NCBI GenBank assembly: GCA_038231275.1
Contig: JBBRLQ010000008.1
Coordinates: 192,001 to 256,000, forward strand
Direction of reading: 5' to 3'
From: Polyangiales bacterium
Lineage (GTDB): Bacteria > Myxococcota_A > Polyangia > Polyangiales > Polyangiaceae
DNA: 64,000 nucleotides
Under the pieces are notes generated by a model. The model was not told where the DNA came from, did no database searches, and saw only the letters and a program-made list of their open reading frames with translations. Of the stretch, positions 32,682-42,215 are shown in pieces. The position numbers and the translations under genes were made by a program. Numbering within the stretch: position 1 is the first letter of the stretch; each line of letters opens with the position of its first letter.

Positions 32682-32701
32682 GATGTAACTTCCGCCCCCG
32701 C

Positions 32702-35122
32702 ATGGGTCCGGGAAACGCATTGAGACCGCTCGCTCGTCGGTTGGCCGCGCTCGCGATGGCCGCAGGAGCCGCGGGGATCGTCACCGCCGCCGCGCCCGGT
32801 TGCGCGAGCGACAAGGGGGGAATCGGGTCGGTCTGTCCGCCCGGGACGACCTGCCAGACGCGTCTGACGCTCCTCCACACCTCCGACATCCACTCGCGCC
32901 TCCTCCCCTACGATTTGCTCATCACGCAGGTCGACGGCGATTTGGGCCTCGGCAGCACCGGCACCGTCAAGAACGTCGGCGGCGTCGCGCGCATGGGGTA
33001 CGTCCTCGGCCGCGAGCGCGCCCGCGCCGATCGGGTCCTGCACCTCGACTCCGGCGACTGCTTCCAGGGCGCCCCCATCTTCAATTTTTACTCCGGCGAG
33101 CCGGAGGTGCGCTCGGTCAGCCTCCTCGGCACCGACGCGGAGGTCATCGGCAACCACGAGTTCGATCGCGGCGCCATCAACGTCGCCCGCCAATACCAGC
33201 GCTGGAGCAATTTTCCGCTCCTCGCGGCCAACTACAAATTCGACGACCAGACGCTCCCCAACGCGACGCTGATCAACACGGTCCTGACGCCGTTCACCGT
33301 GTTCAACCGCGAGGGACTCAAAATCGCCGTCATCGGCATGGGGAACATCTCCACGCTGACGAGCGTGTTCGATCAGCCGAACAAGACCGGTATCCTGCCG
33401 CTGAGCACGATCGAGACGGCGCAGGGCTATGTCGATTTGCTGCGTCCCAGCGTCGACCTCATCGTCATGCTCACGCACCTCGGCCTCGAGGTCGATCAGC
33501 GCATGGTCCGCGGCACGACGGGGATCGACATCGTCCTCGGGGGCCACAACCACATCGTCATCAACCCGCCGCAGGTCGTCCAGGATTGCAGCGCGGATCC
33601 GCAGAACCCCGGCTACGTGTGGGCGGTAAACCCGAACCTGCCGATCGATCCGGGAAACCCCGTCTACGACGCGAAGGACGTGAACCACCTCCATCCGAAC
33701 GCGTTCCCGCGCCCGTGCAAGCCGCGCAAAGTCACGATCGCGCACTCGGGGGCCTTCGCGAAGTACGTCGGCCGCCTCGACCTCGTCCTGTCCAACGATC
33801 CCGCGTCGATCTCGCCGACGGCCAACCCCGGCGACTACGATCCGCTGAACGGCTTCGAGGTCCTCTCGTCGCAGTACCTCGCATTCCCGATCGACGACTC
33901 GATCCCCGAAGATCCGGTCATGCTGGACATGCTCCAGCCCTATCGCCGCACGCTCGATCGCGTCGCCGATCTCGACATCCTCGTGGGCTTCTCGCCAGGC
34001 GGCGCCAAGCGCACCGCGCCGCAGGGCGGGGACGCGGCGCTCGGCAACCTCATCGCGACGGCGATGTGGCTGCGCCTCGGGGTCCAGACGGACTTCTCGC
34101 TGACCAACACCACCGGCATCCGCGCGGACTTGAACCCCGGGCCGATCACGATCGAGGAGATGTACAACATCTTCCCGTTCGACAACTCGATCTCCAAGAT
34201 GCAGCTCTCCGGCCTCGAGGTGCAGCAGCTCTTCGACTACGCGGCACGCCGAAGCGGCACCCGCGGCTGCGTCTCGCAGGCGCAGATCGCCGGCGCGCGC
34301 GTGCGCCTCAACTGCGACGGCTGCGCGAGGCCCGATCACCAATTCGGCTGCAACATCGACTCCGACTGCCCGCTCGCGTCGCAAGGCGCGTGCGACTCGA
34401 CCACGGCAGGCATCAATGGCTTCACCCACCAATGCCGCCCGGTCGGCTGCGCCGAAGAGGTTTACATCGGCCAGCAGATCGACGCGAACAGCAACCCGCG
34501 CCCGTGCAACGCGGACCAAGAGTGCTCGACCGACGGCACCACCCACGTGGGCCAGTGCTTCAAGGTGACGCTCGGCCAGCCCGGCAAATGCCAGTCGATC
34601 ATCTCGCCAACCAACCTGTACGAGCTCGCGACGAGCAACTACCTCGCCGGCGGCGGCTCCGGCTACCGGGTCCTCCAGCGCAACACGACCCAGTTCGACA
34701 CGCAGATCCAGCAGCGCGACGCGCTCATCGACTACCTCCGCCAGGGGCGCCCCTGCGGCTACGATGCAGCAGCAGGCACCGCAGAAGGCCTGAAATCCTG
34801 CTCGATCGACGCCGACTGCGGCAACACCTCGTTCGTCTGTGCGTGCGCCGGCCACTCGCAGGCCGATCGCACCGGCGGCAGCTTTGCGTGCAAGATCGAC
34901 GGGCAATGCGACTCTGGCTCGGGGCGCTGCGTCCTCAGCGACTGCCGCAACCAGGTCGCGCAGTTCCACGAGAAGGTGTGCGCCGGCTCGCCCGACGCCG
35001 CGCGTTGCCAGATCGACCTCAACAGCTGCTCGCTGTCCGGCGAGGAGTGCAAATTTCTCTCTTGCGTCGATACGACGATCGGCAACCTGACCGACAACCG
35101 CCTGGAGATGATCGGCCGATGA
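32702..35122 (+). CDS. 5'-nucleotidase/UshA-family metallophosphoesterase lipoprotein with Cys-rich insertions
   Basis: HTSDIHS, DSGDCFQG, GNHEFD, THLG, GGHNH; C-domain NTTGIRADL, NIFPFDN, NYLAGGGSGY. Confidence 0.93.
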   Translation: MGPGNALRPLARRLAALAMAAGAAGIVTAAAPGCASDKGGIGSVCPPGTTCQTRLTLLHTSDIHSRLLPYDLLITQVDGDLGLGSTGTVKNVGGVARMGYVLGRERARADRVLHLDSGDCFQGAPIFNFYSGEPEVRSVSLLGTDAEVIGNHEFDRGAINVARQYQRWSNFPLLAANYKFDDQTLPNATLINTVLTPFTVFNREGLKIAVIGMGNISTLTSVFDQPNKTGILPLSTIETAQGYVDLLRPSVDLIVMLTHLGLEVDQRMVRGTTGIDIVLGGHNHIVINPPQVVQDCSADPQNPGYVWAVNPNLPIDPGNPVYDAKDVNHLHPNAFPRPCKPRKVTIAHSGAFAKYVGRLDLVLSNDPASISPTANPGDYDPLNGFEVLSSQYLAFPIDDSIPEDPVMLDMLQPYRRTLDRVADLDILVGFSPGGAKRTAPQGGDAALGNLIATAMWLRLGVQTDFSLTNTTGIRADLNPGPITIEEMYNIFPFDNSISKMQLSGLEVQQLFDYAARRSGTRGCVSQAQIAGARVRLNCDGCARPDHQFGCNIDSDCPLASQGACDSTTAGINGFTHQCRPVGCAEEVYIGQQIDANSNPRPCNADQECSTDGTTHVGQCFKVTLGQPGKCQSIISPTNLYELATSNYLAGGGSGYRVLQRNTTQFDTQIQQRDALIDYLRQGRPCGYDAAAGTAEGLKSCSIDADCGNTSFVCACAGHSQADRTGGSFACKIDGQCDSGSGRCVLSDCRNQVAQFHEKVCAGSPDAARCQIDLNSCSLSGEECKFLSCVDTTIGNLTDNRLEMIGR

Positions 35123-36657
35123 AGACCCGACTCGCTCCCCTCTTGGCGTCCGCTTTCGGCGCCGCGCTCGCCATCGCCGGCTGCGGCGACACGTACGGCC
35201 ACCTCGGCACGACGTCGTATCTCCAGGTGGCCATCACCGGCGGCGACCCCGGCGCCCGCGATCGCCTTTTGCCGCTCACGTTCGATCAGTCGGCGCCGAT
35301 CACGATCAAGGTCACCGCCACGCGCGGCGACGGTCAGATCGACACCTCGTACAACGGCTACGTCCGCATCAGCGTGAAGCCGGGCACCGTCGTGAACCTC
35401 GCGGGCCCCGGCACCGACGGCCGCAACGTGCTCCTCCACGGCGGCGTCGTCGACGGGATCGGCGTCTCTGTCGCCGGCTCCTTCGGCCCCACTCACATCT
35501 GGGCGGAGGACATCGGGTACACGCCGGCGGATCCGAAGCGGACGCCGCCGCCCCTGTGCTCCAATGGCGCCGACGACAACAACAACGGCGTCGTCGATTT
35601 CCCCGCCGATCCCGGCTGCGCGTTCGCGAACGACGACACGGAGGATCTCGGCACCTACGCGTCCGGCGCGAGCAGCACCCTCTACTTCACATCGCCGCGG
35701 ATCGCGGACGTCCGCGGCGTCGCCCAAGGCGGCGCGGCGACCTCGTTCCCGCACCAGCAGGTCACCGTCGACAGCGGCTGGGACTCCGAGAAGCGCGAGT
35801 TCAGCCATTCGATCGTCATCACGCGCATCGCCTCCGACGGCTTCTACGCGACGGACATCGATGACACGCGCGGCTATTCGAGCATCTTCGCGTACAACTT
35901 CACGGCGCCGCCGCAGATGCGCGTGTGCGACCGGATGAAGTCGTACGGCGGCACTGCGGCCGACTTCTTCGGCTTCACCGAGATGGGCTTCCCGACGTGG
36001 GAGCTCGAGGAGTGGAATCCGCTGAAACGCCCGTGCCTGGTGCCCGAGCCGCACGTCTTCACGTCGCAGGAGCTCGGGCGCGACGACAAGGCCGCCTACG
36101 TCACGACGACCGCCCTCACCAAGAACATCGCGGGGATGGTCCGGATGACGAACGATCCGCTGAAGGGCGTCGACGTCCACATCGGCAAGCACTTCGGGCC
36201 GAACTACCCGGACCCGGCGACGCTCGCGATGACCGACGACGCCACGAACTGCGACTTCAACAGGGACGGCAAGGTCGACTTCAACACCGATCCCGAGAAG
36301 ACGTGCGCAAACAACTGCACGTACGATCTCGAGTGCACCGAGTACTCGAACTTCTTGTCGCGTAGCGCCTTCACGCTGTTCATTTCGGCTCCGGATCCCA
36401 TCACCGGTTCGCCCATCACCGGCACCATCCAGGGCAACGCGTCGTCCTCGGCGCAGTTCGATCCGGTGGCGAACCGAGGCAAGAGCATCCACTCGTTCAC
36501 CGGCACGCTCCGCTACTTCTCCGGCGGCACGCAGTACACGATCGAAGCCCGCTGCGAAGACGACATCGTCATCGACCAAAACACGCCCCCGATCGACAGC
36601 GGTCGCGCCTGCGTTCACGCGCGAACATCCTCCGACAACAGCTCCGCCTCCAACTGA
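35119..36657 (+). CDS. lipoprotein with putative OB-fold and Ca-binding/Cys motifs
   Basis: AIAGC lipobox; start overlaps upstream stop (ATGA); CSNGADDNNNGVVDFPADPGC; ITRIASDGFYATD..SIFAYN..RVCDR..GTAADFFGFTEM. Confidence 0.8.
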   Translation: MKTRLAPLLASAFGAALAIAGCGDTYGHLGTTSYLQVAITGGDPGARDRLLPLTFDQSAPITIKVTATRGDGQIDTSYNGYVRISVKPGTVVNLAGPGTDGRNVLLHGGVVDGIGVSVAGSFGPTHIWAEDIGYTPADPKRTPPPLCSNGADDNNNGVVDFPADPGCAFANDDTEDLGTYASGASSTLYFTSPRIADVRGVAQGGAATSFPHQQVTVDSGWDSEKREFSHSIVITRIASDGFYATDIDDTRGYSSIFAYNFTAPPQMRVCDRMKSYGGTAADFFGFTEMGFPTWELEEWNPLKRPCLVPEPHVFTSQELGRDDKAAYVTTTALTKNIAGMVRMTNDPLKGVDVHIGKHFGPNYPDPATLAMTDDATNCDFNRDGKVDFNTDPEKTCANNCTYDLECTEYSNFLSRSAFTLFISAPDPITGSPITGTIQGNASSSAQFDPVANRGKSIHSFTGTLRYFSGGTQYTIEARCEDDIVIDQNTPPIDSGRACVHARTSSDNSSASN

Positions 36658-36669
36658 GACACGAAACCG

Positions 36670-38511
36670 ATGCGCTCTGCCCGCCTCCATTCCGCCCTCC
36701 CCAACCTCGCCTTCGTCGCGGCGTTCTGCGTGCCCGGGCTCGCGCTCGCGCAGGCCCCGACCGCCAATCCGCCGGCCACGTCGGCGACGCCCACGACGCC
36801 GACGACGCCCGCGAGCGGTGTCTCTGCGACCGGGAGCTCGTCCGTGCAGATCGGCACGGGGGCGCAGACCGACACGGCCGCGGGGACCACTGGCGACGTG
36901 AAGCCCGGCGACGCGAACCCCACCGACGTGACGCCGAAGCCGGACCCCGACACGACCGGCTCGGCCGGCGCGCGCGCCGTCGGCATGGCGCCGCCCGGCG
37001 TGAACCCTGGCAACTTCATGGACACGCGCCTGTCGTGGACCTTCGGCGACGACGACTTCCTCCACCGCACGGGCGAGCTCGTGCCGCTCTCGCCGACGTT
37101 CTCGGTCGGCGATCGCTCGCAGTATCGCCTCTTCTTCGACAACCTGAACTCGCGCTTCAGCGGTCGTGAGAACCTCACGCACCTCGTCATGTACAAGAAG
37201 ATGCCGGGCTTCATCGACCGGCTCACCACCGAGGCGGCGCTCGTCCTGCGGTTCGACATGGCGAACCTGTCGGCCAACACCGGCAACCTGAACTCCGCGC
37301 TCTACGACGCGGGCTCGTACATCCGCATCTTCTACAACACGAACACCAACCGCGAGAAGGAGGGCATCAGCGCCGTCTTCTTCCCGCTCGACACCGACCG
37401 CTTCCGCCTCGGCTACCTCTACGACATCTCGTGGGGCGGCACCGCGGCGTCGATCAACCAGTCCATTTTCCCGCGCATCCAGGGCGCCTCGCCCGGCATG
37501 AAGGTGCAGTTCGACGGCGACGGCTACTACGCGTTCGCCGGCTTCAAGACTGCGACGATCATCCAGCCGCAGCAGATCTTGAACAGCGGCACCACGAGCG
37601 ACGTCGAGCTCACGCGCGTCGGCGAGACGAACTTCGGCGGCCTCATCGGCGGCGGCGCGGACATCACGAAACACTTCCGCTTCGACGCGGGCGGCGGCTG
37701 GTTCCAGCAGGGCAAGTTCGACCTAGACGACGTCCGCGGAAAATCCGTTTACACACGCGGCCTCTCGGGTCGCTTCGTCGCGCACAAGGACATGCCGGTC
37801 CCGCAGTCGGTCGACTTCCTCCTCTATCGGAACGATCCGATGAAGCCGATGGTGCTGTTCGCACCGGAAGTCTATAACCCCAACGAGCTGGCCTACAGCG
37901 TGAGCGTCGAGGGGAGCTACCTCCTCCAGCACCTGAAGGACTTCGACAACGCGGGGCAGACGAAGGACCAGGGCGCGGCGGCGCTGGCGATCCAGGGCGT
38001 CGTGAAGGCCGGCTACGCGCGCTTCAGCGCGACCGGCATCACGCGCAACCTGAACTACGTCGTCCGCAACGTCCCCGGCTTCATCCCGTTCGAGACGTTG
38101 CCCGGCAACGTGAAGACGGACCCCGAGCTCTTCGGCGCGCTCGCCGCGGACTACCACATCGCGAAGCTGAAGCTGACCCCGGGCATCGCGGGCGGCATCC
38201 AACTCCCCTCGACGTTCAAGAGCGAGTTCACCGACGGCGGCGTGCCGGCGTCGCGCACGATCGTCGTCCGCCAGCAGGGCGACGAGTCGATCCTCCCGTA
38301 CAACAAGGACCGAACCGCGATTTACCAGATGCGCCTCAGCGTGCGCTGGCAGCTCTCCGAGATCCTCCAGGTCGTGGGGTGGGCCCAGTACGTGCGCGAC
38401 AACAACGCCACGCGTGTGGAGCGTGATCGTGTCGACGGCACGGCGTCCTTGCGTGTCTTCCAGAGCCCGGACCGCCTCGGCGTCGGGACGTCCATTCAAG
38501 CGCGGTTCTAG
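36670..38511 (+). CDS. putative outer-membrane beta-barrel protein
   Basis: Sec signal (LALA-Q), T/P-rich linker, alternating amphipathic strands, C-terminal TSIQARF beta-signal. Confidence 0.75.
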   Translation: MRSARLHSALPNLAFVAAFCVPGLALAQAPTANPPATSATPTTPTTPASGVSATGSSSVQIGTGAQTDTAAGTTGDVKPGDANPTDVTPKPDPDTTGSAGARAVGMAPPGVNPGNFMDTRLSWTFGDDDFLHRTGELVPLSPTFSVGDRSQYRLFFDNLNSRFSGRENLTHLVMYKKMPGFIDRLTTEAALVLRFDMANLSANTGNLNSALYDAGSYIRIFYNTNTNREKEGISAVFFPLDTDRFRLGYLYDISWGGTAASINQSIFPRIQGASPGMKVQFDGDGYYAFAGFKTATIIQPQQILNSGTTSDVELTRVGETNFGGLIGGGADITKHFRFDAGGGWFQQGKFDLDDVRGKSVYTRGLSGRFVAHKDMPVPQSVDFLLYRNDPMKPMVLFAPEVYNPNELAYSVSVEGSYLLQHLKDFDNAGQTKDQGAAALAIQGVVKAGYARFSATGITRNLNYVVRNVPGFIPFETLPGNVKTDPELFGALAADYHIAKLKLTPGIAGGIQLPSTFKSEFTDGGVPASRTIVVRQQGDESILPYNKDRTAIYQMRLSVRWQLSEILQVVGWAQYVRDNNATRVERDRVDGTASLRVFQSPDRLGVGTSIQARF

Positions 38512-38647
38512 GATCGGTACCGACGGAATCGACGAGTTCGCGAAGGCCGTCCACTGCGGAAACGGGGCCAAGATGCGCTCCGCGAATGCGTGCGTGTCTG
38601 GTGGTAGACACGCTCACAACTTCGATCGTGACGCTCGCATAAGCTCG

Positions 38648-39460
38648 TCAGGGGCAGGCGACGTCCACATTCGGACCGTTGGGTGTGCCGATGTAGAGGC
38701 CGCCGTACGTCTGGCTCGGATAGCGCCAACTGGACCACGTCGTGCGGGCCGAAGGTGCGCACGACGCGGGAAATTCCAAGCTCGCGCCCGGCAACCACGG
38801 CAACGTCGTGTCATAGGTAATCGAATCGAGGAGGACGCCGCCGATCGAGAGAGCCACGGTGTCACCGGAGTTCTTCAATGCGTCGCCGACGCTTCCTTGC
38901 CACGCGAGCACCATGCCGCTCAGACCGTGATTGATGGTCGCGTCCGTGCTATCCGCGACGAGAAACGAGCCCCCCCCCGCCAGGTAGGTATCGCTCGTAA
39001 CGTCGACTGTGTCCGACGTTGGCCCACGCGGTGACTCGACGTGCAGGCCGCGCAGGTTGAGGCGGCACGCACGGGTGCTCTTCACTTCCAACCACTCGCC
39101 GTGGTCACCGCTGCCCGACTGCGAAGCGACCATGAGCTCTACGATGACGAGGTCGCCGGGGGCGAGCGAAGCGCAATCCACCGGCCCCGTGTCCGCCGCT
39201 CCGTCGGCGGGGGCTTCGGAGTCGGTCGCGCCGTCGCGGGCTGGCGGAGGCGGCGCCGTGTCCTCGATGCCGCTGTCCAGAGAGCGGCCAGCCTCCTGAC
39301 CGATGCCGCCGTCTCGCAGAACCCGCCCGCCAGCGTCGGTCGCCGCGTTCTGATCATCTGGAGATGTCGCGGGGCGAAGATCGTCGAGATCACTTCCGCC
39401 GAGGATCTGCGCGCATCCGCCGAGGAGGCTCGCGGCCGCGAGCAAGAGGGGGGCGCGCAT
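38648..39460 (-). CDS. lamin-tail-domain lipoprotein
   Basis: LGGC lipobox; GDLVIVELM..GEWLEV..NLRGL..LKNSGDTVAL..GTPNGPN. Confidence 0.82.
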   Translation of the reverse strand: MRAPLLLAAASLLGGCAQILGGSDLDDLRPATSPDDQNAATDAGGRVLRDGGIGQEAGRSLDSGIEDTAPPPPARDGATDSEAPADGAADTGPVDCASLAPGDLVIVELMVASQSGSGDHGEWLEVKSTRACRLNLRGLHVESPRGPTSDTVDVTSDTYLAGGGSFLVADSTDATINHGLSGMVLAWQGSVGDALKNSGDTVALSIGGVLLDSITYDTTLPWLPGASLEFPASCAPSARTTWSSWRYPSQTYGGLYIGTPNGPNVDVACP

Positions 39461-40482
39461 CAGAACGACCCCGAAGCGCCGAAGCCGCCGCCGCCCGCGA
39501 AGACGAGGGGACGAAACGAAGCAAACTGCCTGGGCGATTCCTTCGAAGTGACGACGAGCAGGGTTCCGGCGCCGATCCCAGCGGCGCCCAGGACGATGCC
39601 GAGCGTGCTCATGAGCGACAGCGTTCGAAACCGCTCCGCGGAGGCCAAACCTTGCTCGTCACACACGTGCGCGGCGCTGCAATGGTCCAGCGCCTCGCCC
39701 TTCTGTCGAATGGCGAGGAGCCCCGCCGCGCTGCCCGCGACGAGCACGGTGATGCCTGTCCCCAACGTGATCCAGCCCGCGACGCGTGCCGTCGAGGGCG
39801 AAGCTGCGCGACCGGACGCAATGCCGTCGACAGGCGCACCCGCGGGCGGCAGGCGCGCCGCGGGCGGCGGTGGCACGGCTGACACACCCGGATCGAGTGG
39901 CGTGGGCGCGACGACGACCTCGCGCGTCTCACCGTCTCGTAGATCGATAGCCTGGGCGCGCTCTCTCCGCTCGGCAGCGCGGACCACGAGGGTGTGCTTG
40001 CCCGGGTTGGCGCGTACGGCATGCTCGAGCGGCACCGGCGTCCCGTCGATCAGCACGCCCGTCCCCTCCGGCGATCCCGGCTCGAGTGAGACGGTCACAT
40101 GCGCCAAACGCCGCTCCATTCGGGCCGCCTGCTCCAGGACGAGAGGGCCGCGATCGTCGCCCGGCGTGAGCATCGCCGAGAGCCGCTCGATCTTCGCGAG
40201 AGCGCCGAGAAGGTCCCCGGCGTGCTCATCGCATTGAACCAGGTTGAAGAGCGTCCCCGCGGCAGGGTCGAGGCGCATGCTCTCCTCGAACTTCGGGCAC
40301 GCGGTCGCGAAGTCTCCGCGACCTACGGCCTCGCGCCCTCCGCGAAATAGAGCGTCGGCCGCGGCCTTCTCCGCCGCCTTGTCACCAGCGCGCGCGTCGG
40401 CGAGCGCGACCAGCGGCCCAATCGTGAGGACGAGAGCACACGCCGCGAAACGGCAACGCTTGGACTTATTCTCGGCGGTCAT
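39460..40482 (-). CDS. TPR / PEGA-like domain membrane protein
   Basis: ADALFRGG..ACPKFEESMRLDPAAGTLFNL TPR; VLIDG..NPGKHTL PEGA-like; C-terminal hydrophobic hairpins. Confidence 0.82.
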   Translation of the reverse strand: MTAENKSKRCRFAACALVLTIGPLVALADARAGDKAAEKAAADALFRGGREAVGRGDFATACPKFEESMRLDPAAGTLFNLVQCDEHAGDLLGALAKIERLSAMLTPGDDRGPLVLEQAARMERRLAHVTVSLEPGSPEGTGVLIDGTPVPLEHAVRANPGKHTLVVRAAERRERAQAIDLRDGETREVVVAPTPLDPGVSAVPPPPAARLPPAGAPVDGIASGRAASPSTARVAGWITLGTGITVLVAGSAAGLLAIRQKGEALDHCSAAHVCDEQGLASAERFRTLSLMSTLGIVLGAAGIGAGTLLVVTSKESPRQFASFRPLVFAGGGGFGASGSF

Positions 40483-42064
40483 AGGGGTTCACTCGAACGA
40501 GGGGCCCGCCCGTCGCGCGCTTCGCGGCAGGAGTGGACGTTGGTGGAGCGGCCACCGCGTCACGTGGGGCCGTCGGCATCCCGTGCTCGGCGACGTGGCC
40601 GCGGCGGCTTTTCATGTTGGTCGTCGCGCGCGCCGGCTCGGGAATGGGGATGCTCCGTGACGCGAGCGCGACGTCGTCAACGCGAGCCGGCCGCTCGGGT
40701 CGTGGGACGATGACAGCATCTCCCGGTGAAACAAGCGCCGGAGCCGAGACCATCGCAGAGTCCGTTGCGGCACCACCTGGTATCCTCGCGTCGCCGATCT
40801 CGTCGTCCACGAAGAAGCGTCCCGCGCCGAACGCAAATAGCATGAGCGCCACCGAGCCCGCGGCGGCGATGGCGGCCGTCGCACGTACCGACGGCGGCGC
40901 GAATCCCGCCTGAGCGGACGGGGCGAGGGCATGACCCGCTGCGCGTGAAGTACCAGACGCGAAGAGCGGATTCATGCTCGCTTCCGCCGGCACTGGCACC
41001 GGTGCCGCCGCCGCGGGAGGCATCACCAACGTGGCTCCGAGGTCCTCCAGGACCGGCCGAACGGCGATGGCCGCGTCGTCGATGGGCTCCTTCGAAGCTT
41101 CGGCTTCCTGCTGAAGGGTCGTGCGCGCGGCGGACACGGCTTCCAACATCGCTTTCGCGGCGGCCCAGCGATCGCTTTTCTCGAAGGCGAGAGCACGGGA
41201 GACGAGCTCCGCCACATACCGAGGGACACCGGGGCAAGCCGTCGCCGGGTCCGCAGGCTGCTCGGTCAGGGAAGCGGCGGCGGCGAGCTTGTCCGCGTCG
41301 GTACGGCGCGGTGACCTCCCGGTGAGCATGGCATGGAGGACCGCTCCACACGCGTAGACATCAGATCGGGGATCGACGTCCGAGAGAGTGCCGCGCGCCA
41401 GCTCCGGCGACATGAAGTCCGTGCGACCGAAAGCCGCGGCCAAAGGCGCGCCCTGCCCCGGCGCGCAACGCGCCGCACACTCCGCGACCGCCGCGCTGCC
41501 AAAGTCGATCACCTTGATCCTGCCGTCGGAGAGTCGGACCACGTTCCTTGGTGCGAGGTCGCGGTGTTGAATTCCTTGCGCATGCGCGACGTCGAGCACG
41601 TCGAGCACGTGCCACGCGATTCTGAGCGCTTCGTCGACGGGCAGAGGGCCAGACGTCTCGAGGATCTCGTCTACAGTTTGCCCCTCCAGCATTTCCAACA
41701 CGAGAAAGACCGCACCTCCCTCCGCGACGTCATCGTCGAGCACACGCACGACTCCCTCGTGCGGTACGAGGTTCCCGGCGTACCCCTCCCGCAGAAACGT
41801 AGCGCGCACGGTGGGGTCCGCCGCGAGCAACGGATGCATCATCTTCAAGATGGCTCGACTTCGGTTGCGATGCGTCGCCACATAGACCGCCGACGTCGCG
41901 CCCGCGCCCAGGAGGTGGTCGAGGCGCCATTTCCCCCCGACGAGCCGGCCGACGCGCTCGCCGGCATGCTCGCGAAGGACGATGCGCGAGTCGGACGCGG
42001 CAAGGCTCGGGAACGGGGCGGTGGTCGTGGCGTTGTCGGGAGGGTTCTCGGCGCGCGTTTCCAT
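40466..42064 (-). CDS. atypical eukaryote-like protein kinase
   Basis: GAGATS, AILK, HRDLAPRN, DFG, GRTDFMSPE; TM helix near the C-terminus. Confidence 0.85.
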   Translation of the reverse strand: METRAENPPDNATTTAPFPSLAASDSRIVLREHAGERVGRLVGGKWRLDHLLGAGATSAVYVATHRNRSRAILKMMHPLLAADPTVRATFLREGYAGNLVPHEGVVRVLDDDVAEGGAVFLVLEMLEGQTVDEILETSGPLPVDEALRIAWHVLDVLDVAHAQGIQHRDLAPRNVVRLSDGRIKVIDFGSAAVAECAARCAPGQGAPLAAAFGRTDFMSPELARGTLSDVDPRSDVYACGAVLHAMLTGRSPRRTDADKLAAAASLTEQPADPATACPGVPRYVAELVSRALAFEKSDRWAAAKAMLEAVSAARTTLQQEAEASKEPIDDAAIAVRPVLEDLGATLVMPPAAAAPVPVPAEASMNPLFASGTSRAAGHALAPSAQAGFAPPSVRATAAIAAAGSVALMLFAFGAGRFFVDDEIGDARIPGGAATDSAMVSAPALVSPGDAVIVPRPERPARVDDVALASRSIPIPEPARATTNMKSRRGHVAEHGMPTAPRDAVAAPPTSTPAAKRATGGPLVRVNPYDRRE

Positions 42065-42215
42065 GGGTGCCTCGTCTTACGTCGCCGGCGGGTGCTTTCC
42101 TGCCCGCCACGCCACGCGCGCATCTATGGGTATTTGCGAGGAAATGACCGTCGATCCACCCGATACTTTCGCCGCGCGGGCCTCCGCATGGAGGTCTAGT
42201 CGCTCCCTGCGCCCG

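Noticed and set aside
32800-35118. N-terminal extension making a 1285-aa ORF
   Set aside because: Arg-rich off-frame reading of the nucleotidase gene; the real gene starts at 35119 with a lipoprotein signal
34759-37674. 971-aa minus-strand ORF, and similar antisense ORFs over pnp, ptsI, rpoN and the S9 peptidase
   Set aside because: Antisense mirrors of well-supported genes caused by codon bias
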